Shown: positions 55,536 to 64,000 of the stretch, piece after piece
How positions within the stretch are numbered: position 1 is the first letter of the stretch
How the letters are laid out: the number at the start of each line of letters is the position of its first letter
Notes under the pieces: generated by a model
Database searches by the model: none
Told to the model about the DNA's origin: nothing
The model's input: the letters and a program-made list of their open reading frames with translations, nothing else
Origin: an uncultured Oscillospiraceae bacterium
GTDB taxonomy: Bacteria > Bacillota > Clostridia > Oscillospirales > Oscillospiraceae
Direction: 5' to 3'
NCBI GenBank assembly: GCA_900757415.1
Contig: CAAENU010000214.1
Coordinates: 20,455 to 84,454, forward strand
Length of the DNA stretch: 64,000 nucleotides
Translations under genes and position numbers: made by a program

Positions 55536-56743
55536 TGGACTACCATGAGGACTATCAGCCGCAGCGGCAGCCCAGCCGCAGCGGCGGCAAAAACGACAAT
55601 GATTTAGGCGCATGGCTGCTGATTGGCGTGATGTTTCTGGTGGCATGGCCGGTGGGCCTGATCCTGCTGATCAAGAAGCTGACCGACAACCCGCAGAAGC
55701 TGAAAAAAGCGGCATCCGGTACGGCGGATTACGTCCACGCCAGGGCGCAGGATCGAAATACAGCGCAGAACGCCGTCAACAAGGTCACGCAGACGCCGCG
55801 TCCCAGTGCCGGTGGCGCCAGGACGCTGAAGATCATCGGTATCATACTGGCGGCGCTGGGCGGCGCCGCGATGATGCGCACAGCGTTTAACGATCTGAGC
55901 TTTGCCATCGAGTACGATCAGTGGTGGTATTTTCTGCGGCAGCTGTTCTATCCCACGGGACTGCTGGCCGGTGGACTTGCGCTGCTGACTGGTGGCAGCC
56001 TCATGAACCGCAAGATGCGCCGCTATGCCAAGTATCTGGCCTGTGCGGGCAAGCAAAACGCTATTCCACTGGCTCATTTCATGAAGGCCGCCGACGTGGG
56101 AGAGAGCAGGGCCGAGCGGGATCTGGAAGTGATGATCGAAAAGGGCATGTGGGGCCCCAACGCTTATCTGGACCGCGGCAACGACATGCTGTTCCGCTCG
56201 CAGAATGCAGCCAACGCCTACTTTGCCGACCGCCGCGCCGCCAGCGCGCAGCAGGCGGCGGAGAGCGCCGCACAGCCGCAGGCGGAGGACTGTGAGGGAA
56301 TGCTGGGGGCCATCCGCCGCGCCAATGACCGTATTGACGATCCGACGCTCAGCGCCAAGATCGACCGGCTGGAGGCTATCACCGTGCAGATCTTTAAGGT
56401 GATCCGGGAGGAGCCGGAGAAAAAGAGCAAGGCAGGGACTTTCCTGAATTACTATCTTCCCACCACCCAGAAGCTGCTGGACAGCTATGCCGACTTTGAA
56501 GAGGCGGGGGTCAGCGGGGAGAATCTGGGACAGGCCAAAGCACGGATCGAGGAAACCATGGACAATATCATCGTCGGTTTTGAACATCAGCTGGATGAGC
56601 TGTATCGGGATGCCGCCATGGATATCGACAGTGACATCCGGGTGATGGAAACCATGCTGAAGCGGGATACCGCATCGGCAGCGGCAGATTTCGGACTGGA
56701 TGGCGCCACGGCTGTACAGATGCCCGATACGGAGGTTGAGTAA
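55535..56743 (+). CDS. XpaC-like (5-bromo-4-chloroindolyl phosphate hydrolysis family) membrane protein
   Basis: FLNYYLPTTQKLLDSY, MDIDSDI.VM motifs. Confidence 0.8.
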   Translation: MDYHEDYQPQRQPSRSGGKNDNDLGAWLLIGVMFLVAWPVGLILLIKKLTDNPQKLKKAASGTADYVHARAQDRNTAQNAVNKVTQTPRPSAGGARTLKIIGIILAALGGAAMMRTAFNDLSFAIEYDQWWYFLRQLFYPTGLLAGGLALLTGGSLMNRKMRRYAKYLACAGKQNAIPLAHFMKAADVGESRAERDLEVMIEKGMWGPNAYLDRGNDMLFRSQNAANAYFADRRAASAQQAAESAAQPQAEDCEGMLGAIRRANDRIDDPTLSAKIDRLEAITVQIFKVIREEPEKKSKAGTFLNYYLPTTQKLLDSYADFEEAGVSGENLGQAKARIEETMDNIIVGFEHQLDELYRDAAMDIDSDIRVMETMLKRDTASAAADFGLDGATAVQMPDTEVE

Positions 56744-56784
56744 GACGGTTTCGACACGAGCAGAACCGGGAAGGAGAACACAAT

Positions 56785-59160
56785 ATGGCAAAGAAAACAG
56801 GCCGCAGAGAACCGGGCGCGGTAAGACTGCGGCAGGAGCTGAAATACCCGTGGCTGGTGCCGGTGATGGGGCTTCTCTATTTTGTGGTGACGTGCATGAT
56901 GCTGCACGGACAGAACAAGGTGATAACGCTGCTGCTGATGGTGGCGGCGCTGATCGCCGTGGCACTGTACAGCGGCAGATTGGGCCGGCGGATGAGCTGG
57001 CCGGCGCTGCTGCTGGCCCTGTATGTGTGCATGGACGGCATTTCCACCCTTTATGCGCCATCGGGCAAGTTTGCCCTGTATGAATTTTTGAAGGTGATAG
57101 GCGCGGCGTGTATAGCGCTGCTGCTGACGGTGTGTGAACCGGAGCGGGAAGGGGCAACAGGCCGCTGCGCCGCCACGGTGCTGGAGGTTTCCGCCGCGCT
57201 GGCCGCTTTTTTCAGCATTGACATGGTGTCTACCCGGATATTCTATCGGGGAGTGTATGCCCTCATCAATGGGCTGGGCGTTCCCTTCGGCGGGTTTGAC
57301 GCATGGCAGGAGCAGCGGCTGCGGACGATTTTCGAAAACCCCAATATTTTTGGCGGCTGCGCCGGTGTGGGCATTTTGCTGTCCCTCGGTCTGGCGGCCA
57401 GCGCGTCAAAGCGGAAAGAGCGGTGCTTGCATCTGGTGTGTCTGCTGTTTAGCTGCACTGCGTTTCTGCTGGCGATGAGCCGCGGCGCCATTGCCGCCAT
57501 CGCGGTGGCGTTTTTGCTGTTTTTACTGATGGAACGGGGCAGCCAGAGAGCGGTGTCCTTTGTGCTGATGGTCGAGACGCTGGTGCTGACGCTGGCGGCC
57601 TCGCTGGCTGCGCTGACAGCCTACGGTGTGGGCAACGCATCGGCAGATAGCGCCAAGGGGACGGTTATACCGCTGCTGGCGCTGATCGTGTGCGCCGGCG
57701 CACTGTGCGCGCTGGATCTGTATGCAGGCCGGTCGCTGGCGGAAAAAATGGCACGGCATATGAAAAAAGTAAATCTGGGGCTGCTGGGTGTGCTGGCGCT
57801 GCTGATAGCGCTGCTCGCCGTTGCTGTGAGCTGGACCGGCCCTATCAGCATGAAAGCGGGCCAGAGCATTACACGCGGCGCCTATCTGGGTGAGGGCTCC
57901 TATACGCTGCATGTGGAGGCGGATGGGCCGGTGGAGGTTACGGTGCAGACGCAGACCCGCGAAGATGCCGTGATGAACGCCAAGCAGACCGCCTATACCG
58001 GCGCGGCGGACGGCGCAGCCTTTATCGCCCCCGAGGGGACGCAGGCGGTGACATTTGTCATCCGCTGTGAGGCGGATGTACACATTACCGCCGTTCGCTA
58101 TTCCGGCGCCGAAGAGGGCGCTTTGAAGCTGAACTACCGGCTGCTGCCGGAGGCGATTGCCGGACGTATCCAGAACCTGCGTACCGAGGGTAATGTGGTC
58201 CAGCGGCTGGTATACTGTGCCGATGGACTGAAGCTGTATCGCCGCAGTCCCATTGTGGGAGTGGGCATGGGCGCATTTGAAAACGGCCTGTACAGCGTGC
58301 AGACCTATCACTATCAGGCAAAGCAGGTGCACAACCACTATGTACAGTCCCTGCTGGAGACGGGTGTGATCGGCCTTGCCCTGTGGCTGGGGCTGCTGGC
58401 GGCCAATATTGTGGCCGTGGTGCGGCTGTGGCGAAAGGGTAAGGAGGAGCCGCAGCCTATGGCGGCGGCGCTGGGAGCACTGCTGGTATTTATGATGATC
58501 CACGCCGCGGTGGAGGTGGATTTCTCCAACGGTTACTTCCTGTGCTTCGGCTATGGCGCCTTTGCGGTTATCAACCTGACCTGCGGCGGTCTGACGCCGC
58601 TGCCTTTCGGCGGCGAGCGGTGCCGCAAATGGATCGTGCGGGGCGAGGGACTGGCCATTCTGGCCTTTACCGTGCTGCTGAGCATGAATCTGGTGGCGCA
58701 GGGACTGGCGCAGCAGCGTACCTTTGACAAGCTGGCGCAGGCGGCGGATCTGGATCCCTATGAATGGGCGGACTATAAGCTGAGCTATGTGTACAGCGCG
58801 GCTGACAATACGGAGCGAACAGAGGACATGACCGCCCGCATGGAGCGTTATATGGCCGATCTGGAGGCGCTGCGCTCCAACTCGGTGCCCCAATATCTGG
58901 CGGAGGCCTATTTCAAGCTGGGCAACGTGAGCAAGGGCTTTGCCATGCTGGAGAAATATGTGGACTATACGCCCTCCAATCCGGACACATGGGCCGAGAG
59001 CTTCCGGACCGCAATGGACTATGACGATGGAAGCGATACGTTCCGGCAGGGGGTTCTGGCGCTGAAGGAGCGGCTGGATCAGTGGAACCGGGAGAATCTG
59101 GGAACCATCACCCTGCCGGAGACGGTCACGGCCTATCTGGAGACGGGAACACAGGAATAA
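56785..59160 (+). CDS. O-antigen ligase family membrane protein
   Basis: FENPN, SRGA, GVGMGAF, HNHYVQSLLETG.IG, MIH. Confidence 0.8.
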   Translation: MAKKTGRREPGAVRLRQELKYPWLVPVMGLLYFVVTCMMLHGQNKVITLLLMVAALIAVALYSGRLGRRMSWPALLLALYVCMDGISTLYAPSGKFALYEFLKVIGAACIALLLTVCEPEREGATGRCAATVLEVSAALAAFFSIDMVSTRIFYRGVYALINGLGVPFGGFDAWQEQRLRTIFENPNIFGGCAGVGILLSLGLAASASKRKERCLHLVCLLFSCTAFLLAMSRGAIAAIAVAFLLFLLMERGSQRAVSFVLMVETLVLTLAASLAALTAYGVGNASADSAKGTVIPLLALIVCAGALCALDLYAGRSLAEKMARHMKKVNLGLLGVLALLIALLAVAVSWTGPISMKAGQSITRGAYLGEGSYTLHVEADGPVEVTVQTQTREDAVMNAKQTAYTGAADGAAFIAPEGTQAVTFVIRCEADVHITAVRYSGAEEGALKLNYRLLPEAIAGRIQNLRTEGNVVQRLVYCADGLKLYRRSPIVGVGMGAFENGLYSVQTYHYQAKQVHNHYVQSLLETGVIGLALWLGLLAANIVAVVRLWRKGKEEPQPMAAALGALLVFMMIHAAVEVDFSNGYFLCFGYGAFAVINLTCGGLTPLPFGGERCRKWIVRGEGLAILAFTVLLSMNLVAQGLAQQRTFDKLAQAADLDPYEWADYKLSYVYSAADNTERTEDMTARMERYMADLEALRSNSVPQYLAEAYFKLGNVSKGFAMLEKYVDYTPSNPDTWAESFRTAMDYDDGSDTFRQGVLALKERLDQWNRENLGTITLPETVTAYLETGTQE

Positions 59161-59178
59161 CGGAAGGAGGGGCGGCTC

Positions 59179-60291
59179 ATGCCCACGGTGCTATACACGG
59201 CGTCCACCTTTTCCCATATTGTCAGCTTCCATCTGCCCTATTTGCAGCGCTTTCAGGAGCTGGGGTGGCGGGTAGAGGCGGCCTGCGGCGGTGAACTGCG
59301 GCAAATCCCCGGCGCCGATGCGCTCATTGAACTGCCGCTGGCCAAAAAAATGACCGCCCCGGAGAATTTCCAGGCGGCGGCGCAGCTGCACGGGATACTG
59401 GCGGGGTATGATCTGGTAATCACCCATACGTCTCTGGCGGCATTTTTTACCCGCTGGGCCGCCAAGGGACTGAAGAAGCGGCCCAGAATCATCAATGTGG
59501 TTCACGGCTATCTCTTTGACGATCAGACTGCGGTTGTAAAGAAGCAGATTATGATGCAGGCGGAGCGGATCACCGCGCCCCAGACCGATCTGCTGCTGAC
59601 CATGAACGATTGGGATACCCAGTGGGCCATGGCTCACCGGGTTGCCGGCCGCACGGCAAAGATCCCCGGTATGGGCGTGGCGCTGGATACGCTGCGGGTG
59701 CCGGAGGGGACGCGGCAGACCATGCGAGAAAAGCTGGGTCTTACGGCGGGAGATGCGGCGCTGATCTATCCGGCGGAGTTTTCCGGACGGAAGAATCAGG
59801 CCATGCTGCTGCGCGCCATGCCGCTGCTGCCGCAGGAGGTGAAGCTGATCCTGCCGGGGCGCGGCGCACTGCTGGCGCAATGCCGCGCCATGGCTCATGA
59901 GCTTGGCGTGGATGGGCGGGTCATCTTTCCGGAATTTGTGGACAATATTCCGCAATGGCTGGCGGCGGCGGACATTGCGGTGTCTGCCAGCCGCTCTGAG
60001 GGATTGCCGTTTAACGTGATGGAGGCCATGGCTGCGGGATTGCCGGCGGTGGTCACGGATGTAAAGGGGCACAGCGATCTGGTCGCTCCGGAGGAGAACG
60101 GGCATCTCTTCCCCTATGACGACGCGGCGGCATTTGCCGCTGCGGTGGAGCCGCTGACGGCTTCGCCACAACTGCGGCAGCGTATGGGCGCTGCCGGAAA
60201 AGAGAAAATGCGGCCTTATGCGCTGGATGCAGTACTGCCGCAGGTAATGGAACAATATCTGTCCGTGATGGACGGGGGATATGAGAGATGA
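59179..60291 (+). CDS. Glycosyltransferase family 4
   Basis: VHGY, RKNQ, SRSEGLPFNVMEAMAAG. Confidence 0.9.
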   Translation: MPTVLYTASTFSHIVSFHLPYLQRFQELGWRVEAACGGELRQIPGADALIELPLAKKMTAPENFQAAAQLHGILAGYDLVITHTSLAAFFTRWAAKGLKKRPRIINVVHGYLFDDQTAVVKKQIMMQAERITAPQTDLLLTMNDWDTQWAMAHRVAGRTAKIPGMGVALDTLRVPEGTRQTMREKLGLTAGDAALIYPAEFSGRKNQAMLLRAMPLLPQEVKLILPGRGALLAQCRAMAHELGVDGRVIFPEFVDNIPQWLAAADIAVSASRSEGLPFNVMEAMAAGLPAVVTDVKGHSDLVAPEENGHLFPYDDAAAFAAAVEPLTASPQLRQRMGAAGKEKMRPYALDAVLPQVMEQYLSVMDGGYER

Positions 60292-61703
60292 TACGGGAAA
60301 ATCAACGACTTTTGAACCAACTGAACGTCGTGTCCGACGGTGTGCTGGTCTTTCTCGCCATGCTGGCGGCGTACTGGCTGCGCTTTTCTGTATTCCACGG
60401 CGCACCGGGATTGCTTTTGCGGTACTATCTGTGGCTGGGTGCGGCGGCGGCGGTGCTGACGCTGATCGCCTTTGCCGTGGCGGGACTGTATGCTTCGTTC
60501 CGCACAGTACGCTTTCATGTGGAGGCCAGCCGCACCGCCATGCTGGAACTGCTGGTGGCGCTGGTTTTGATGTCCATGATTTATGTGCTGCGGTTGGGGG
60601 AGACCTCCCGCTGGACGGTGGTCATTTTCTATCTGGTCGCTACGGCGCTGCTGCTGGTCAAACGGGCGGCGATGCGCATGACGCTGCGGCATTACCGGAC
60701 TATGGGTTACAACATGAAGCGGGTGCTGCTGGTAGGCCACGGCGACGGCGCAGAGGCCTACTACAAGCGTGTGCTTTGCGACCGGCAGCTGGGTTTTGCG
60801 GCGGTGGGATATGTGGCCCAGCAAAAGGATGGGCGGCCGCTGCCCTATTGCGGCGGATATGAGGAGTTGGAAAAGATCCTGAGCGCCACCCGCCCGGACG
60901 AGGTGGTGGTGGCCCTGTCGGCGGAGGAGATGGAGTGGATGCCGCAGGTGATCCATGCCTGCGAAAAGGACGGCACAAAGCTGTCCGTTGTGCCATTCTA
61001 CGCCAGGTATATGCCGGCCAATCCGCAGGTGGACAGTGTAAACGGCTTGCCGCTGATCAATCTGCGGCGTGTCCCGCTGGATAATCTGGGCAACGCCTTT
61101 ATCAAGCGCGGCGCGGATATTCTGGGGTCGCTGTTCCTTATCATACTGACATCGCCGCTGATGCTGATCGCCGCTATCGGCGTGCGGCTTTCCTCGCCGG
61201 GCCCTATTATTTTCAAGCAGGAGCGGGTGGGCAAGGACAAAAAGAATTTTTACATGTACAAATTCCGCTCCATGCGGGTCAACAGCCGCGAGAATACGGG
61301 GTGGAGCAAAAATGAGGACGACCGCAAGACGTGGTTCGGCTCGCTGATCCGCAAATGCTCCGTGGACGAGCTGCCTCAGTTTTTCAATGTGCTCAAGGGC
61401 GACATGAGCCTGATTGGCCCGCGGCCTGAGCTGCCCTTCTTTGTGGAGCAGTTCAAAGAAAAGATTCCCCGCTATATGGTCAAGCATCAGGTACGCCCGG
61501 GAATTACCGGCTGGGCGCAGGTAAACGGTCTGCGGGGCGACACCTCCATTGAAAAGCGGATTGCGTATGACCTGTATTACATCGAAAACTGGACGCCGGC
61601 ACTGGATATTCGCATTTTGATCATGACGGCGTTTTGCATGTTCAACAAGGAAAAGGTGAAAAAGCCGGCTCATGAGAAAAAAGAGACCGGACGGCGCGTG
61701 TAA
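60288..61703 (+). CDS. Undecaprenyl-phosphate sugar phosphotransferase (WcaJ-like)
   Basis: FKQERVG, KFRSM, DELPQFFNVLKGDMSLIGPRPE, PGITGWAQV. Confidence 0.92.
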   Translation: MIRENQRLLNQLNVVSDGVLVFLAMLAAYWLRFSVFHGAPGLLLRYYLWLGAAAAVLTLIAFAVAGLYASFRTVRFHVEASRTAMLELLVALVLMSMIYVLRLGETSRWTVVIFYLVATALLLVKRAAMRMTLRHYRTMGYNMKRVLLVGHGDGAEAYYKRVLCDRQLGFAAVGYVAQQKDGRPLPYCGGYEELEKILSATRPDEVVVALSAEEMEWMPQVIHACEKDGTKLSVVPFYARYMPANPQVDSVNGLPLINLRRVPLDNLGNAFIKRGADILGSLFLIILTSPLMLIAAIGVRLSSPGPIIFKQERVGKDKKNFYMYKFRSMRVNSRENTGWSKNEDDRKTWFGSLIRKCSVDELPQFFNVLKGDMSLIGPRPELPFFVEQFKEKIPRYMVKHQVRPGITGWAQVNGLRGDTSIEKRIAYDLYYIENWTPALDIRILIMTAFCMFNKEKVKKPAHEKKETGRRV

Positions 61704-61717
61704 AGAGAGGTGGGAAA

Positions 61718-62740
61718 ATGGAGAAGTACTGCGTGTTGCTGACCGGCGGTGCCGGGTACATCGGCTCCCATACGGCGGCAGAGCTGCTGGAGCAGGACTA
61801 TGAGGTGGTCATTGCGGATGATTTCAGCAACTGCACGCCGGATGTGATCGACCGACTGGAGCAGATTACCGGGCGGCGTCCCGCCTGCTATGCCGCGGAT
61901 GTGGCGGATCGTGATGCTATGGAGCGGGTGTTTAGCGAGCACCATGTGGATGCGGTGATCCATTTTGCCGGGTTCAAGGCGGTGGGCGAGTCGGTGAAAA
62001 AACCGCTGAAATACTACCGCAACAATCTGGATACCACGCTTACATTGCTGGAGACCATGGCGCGCCACGCCGTCAAACGGCTTGTGTTCAGCTCCTCCGC
62101 TACGGTGTACGGCGTGCCGGTGCGCCCAAGGCTGACCGAGGATATGCCCACGGCCTGCGCCAACCCCTACGGCTGGACAAAGCTGATGATCGAGCAGATC
62201 CTGCGGGATACGGCGGCGGCGGATCCGAACATGTCTGTGGTACTGCTGCGCTATTTTAACCCCATCGGCGCCCATCCCTCCGGATTGATCGGCGAGATGC
62301 CTCAGGGAATCCCCAACAATCTGCTGCCTTATGTATCCGGTGTGGCGGCAGGTACGCTGGAGAAGCTGCATGTATTCGGAAATGACTATCCCACGCCGGA
62401 CGGCACCGGCGTGCGGGACTATATCCATGTGGTGGATCTGGCGCGGGGCCATCTGGCCGCGCTGCGGTATGCCGGCGGCCATACCGGCACAGAGGTGTTC
62501 AATCTGGGTACTGGGCATGGATATAGCGTGCTGGAGATCGTGAAAGCGTTTGAGACGGCCAACGGCGTCTGCGTGCCCTATCAGATCGATCCGCGGCGCG
62601 ATGGCGACGTGGCGGAGTATTTTGCGGACACCGCCAAGGCGGAACGGGTGCTGGACTGGCGAGCGGAGCGCTCGCTGAAGGATATGTGCCGGGATGCATG
62701 GCGCTGGCAGCAGAACTACCTGAAAATGCAGAAGAGATGA
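61718..62740 (+). CDS. galE: UDP-glucose 4-epimerase
   Basis: TGGAGYIGSH, HFAGFKAVGES, FSSSATVYG, YGWTK, LRYFNP. Confidence 0.96.
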   Translation: MEKYCVLLTGGAGYIGSHTAAELLEQDYEVVIADDFSNCTPDVIDRLEQITGRRPACYAADVADRDAMERVFSEHHVDAVIHFAGFKAVGESVKKPLKYYRNNLDTTLTLLETMARHAVKRLVFSSSATVYGVPVRPRLTEDMPTACANPYGWTKLMIEQILRDTAAADPNMSVVLLRYFNPIGAHPSGLIGEMPQGIPNNLLPYVSGVAAGTLEKLHVFGNDYPTPDGTGVRDYIHVVDLARGHLAALRYAGGHTGTEVFNLGTGHGYSVLEIVKAFETANGVCVPYQIDPRRDGDVAEYFADTAKAERVLDWRAERSLKDMCRDAWRWQQNYLKMQKR

Positions 62741-62741
62741 A

Positions 62742-62780
62742 TAGCAAAAGACATCGGCCTTAGGCCGATGTCTTTTGCTA
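62742..62780. terminator. Bidirectional terminator
   Basis: TAGCAAAAGACATCGGCCT-tt-AGGCCGATGTCTTTTGCTA. Confidence 0.8.
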
Positions 62781-63734
62781 TTCATCCTTGTGATCCAGCG
62801 CCGCATGGATACGGCGGTACCAACGGGTATGGCGGATGGCGCCGTTCCATGGCGCGGTGTCCATCTGCGCAAGGAATGCGCGCGTCTGCTGCCTGATCTG
62901 AGGGGCCAGCGGCGTTTGGATACCCTGCTCCAGCCAACTGGCCAGATCCAGCAGTTCGCCGTTCAGCAGGCTGCGGCGCATCCGGGAAGGAAGATCACGA
63001 CTCAGCGCATAGACCAGCTCATAGGAGCGAAACTGGCACTGGAAGTGGCGGATGCGTCCGCCTACCAGCGAGGCGCTCATGTGAGTGCGGTAATACAGCA
63101 GATCCGTTTTGGAAAAGCGGATGCTCTCGGCGTGCAGCACGCAGTCCCAGAAGAAAGAGCGGTCATTGACGCAGACAAGATCATTGAAGCGGATGTCGTG
63201 CGCCATCAGCAGCCGGCGGCGCACAAGACCGCCCCATGGCGCCACATTCACCTTGGGAAACCATGGCCATGCCTTCCGATAGGTCAGCGTGGGGCCGAAA
63301 AGAAAGGGCGGCAGGCGCAGCAGACTATTATGGACAGAGCGGCTGTCCTGCCCGGTTTGCTGGTTGTGGTCGATACAGCGGCAGCGAATAATGTCGGCAT
63401 CGGCGGCCTGACGGCATAGCTGCGCCAGTGCGTCCGGCAGAAGCTGATCGTCCGCGTCCATGAAAAAAAGATACTCTCCCGCAGCCTGACACAGACCACG
63501 GTTGCGGGCGGCTCCTGCCCCGGCATTTTTTTGGCGCAGCAGATGCAGGCGGCTATCGCGGGCGGCATATTCTTCGAGTATGGCGGCGCTGCCGTCAGAG
63601 GAGCCGTCATCCACACAGAGCACCTCCAGCGCCAGCGGCTGGGACAGCACACTGTCCAGGCAGGCGCGGAGATAGTTTTCCGCGTTATAGACCGGTATGA
63701 TCACCGACAGAAGCGGCGTATCTGTGTTGGCGAT
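62778..63734 (-). CDS. Glycosyltransferase family 2
   Basis: SVIIPVYN, VDDGSSD, ARNRG, FMDADD; probable ATC start at 63734 (GTG at 63704 is the first canonical codon). Confidence 0.88.
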   Translation of the reverse strand: MANTDTPLLSVIIPVYNAENYLRACLDSVLSQPLALEVLCVDDGSSDGSAAILEEYAARDSRLHLLRQKNAGAGAARNRGLCQAAGEYLFFMDADDQLLPDALAQLCRQAADADIIRCRCIDHNQQTGQDSRSVHNSLLRLPPFLFGPTLTYRKAWPWFPKVNVAPWGGLVRRRLLMAHDIRFNDLVCVNDRSFFWDCVLHAESIRFSKTDLLYYRTHMSASLVGGRIRHFQCQFRSYELVYALSRDLPSRMRRSLLNGELLDLASWLEQGIQTPLAPQIRQQTRAFLAQMDTAPWNGAIRHTRWYRRIHAALDHKDE

Positions 63735-64000
63735 AAGTCCTCACTCCTCGTTTTATGCGTTTCAGGGCCAGCAGCAGCCATGCCGAACAGCGGATCCCCA
63801 TAATGCGGACGAACCGGGCGGCGGCCCGGTACGGCCCGGCTGCATACGGCAGCAGGGACAGGCATTCCCGCAGGGCGGAAAGGGCCTGCCTGCGCTCACC
63901 CTTTGGCGCTTCGGCATAAAGGGACAGGTTCAATATGTATTCGCGGCTGAGCATGGCCAGCAAAGGCGGGGCCATGGGGCCGGGGACTGCCTCCAGATCG
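63685..64000 (-). CDS. C-terminal part of a gene running off the window end (possibly another glycosyltransferase)
   Basis: Frame open from 64000 to the stop at 63685; co-oriented with and overlapping the GT2 gene. Confidence 0.55.
   Translation of the reverse strand, partial: DLEAVPGPMAPPLLAMLSREYILNLSLYAEAPKGERRQALSALRECLSLLPYAAGPYRAAARFVRIMGIRCSAWLLLALKRIKRGVRTYRQHRYAASVGDHTGL

Overview
GC-rich Clostridia-type DNA; gene content suggests a spore-forming, Oscillospiraceae-like gut anaerobe (inferred, not proven). 1-25.1 kb is a nearly complete Wood-Ljungdahl (acetogenesis) region in two minus-strand blocks. The first block is cooT-orf-metF-cooC-acsD-acsC/E(fused)-acsB-acsV-DUF3786-truncated tig-fhs-orf-fchA-folD-formate channel-DUF1638 and the second is cooS-cooC-acsB. 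Between them sits a THF-riboswitch folT-folC unit. There is no formate dehydrogenase or metV in the window. At 25.7-31.2 kb is the most striking system: an orphan 3' fragment of the sporulation protease gene spoIVB, not called in the ORF track. It abuts three tandem large serine recombinases and a small DUF6870-like gene with a sporulation-sigma-like promoter, so it is a candidate skin/gin-like programmed gene-reconstitution element. The 5' spoIVB half is not in the window. The rest is mostly housekeeping: thrCB, ask-asd, a Crp regulator plus ABC transporter, xth, an aminotransferase, spmAB, abrB, rsmI, ferredoxin, a SAM by-product salvage (DHAP shunt-like) operon, udk and cell-surface glycan genes. 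No rRNA, tRNA or CRISPR array was seen.
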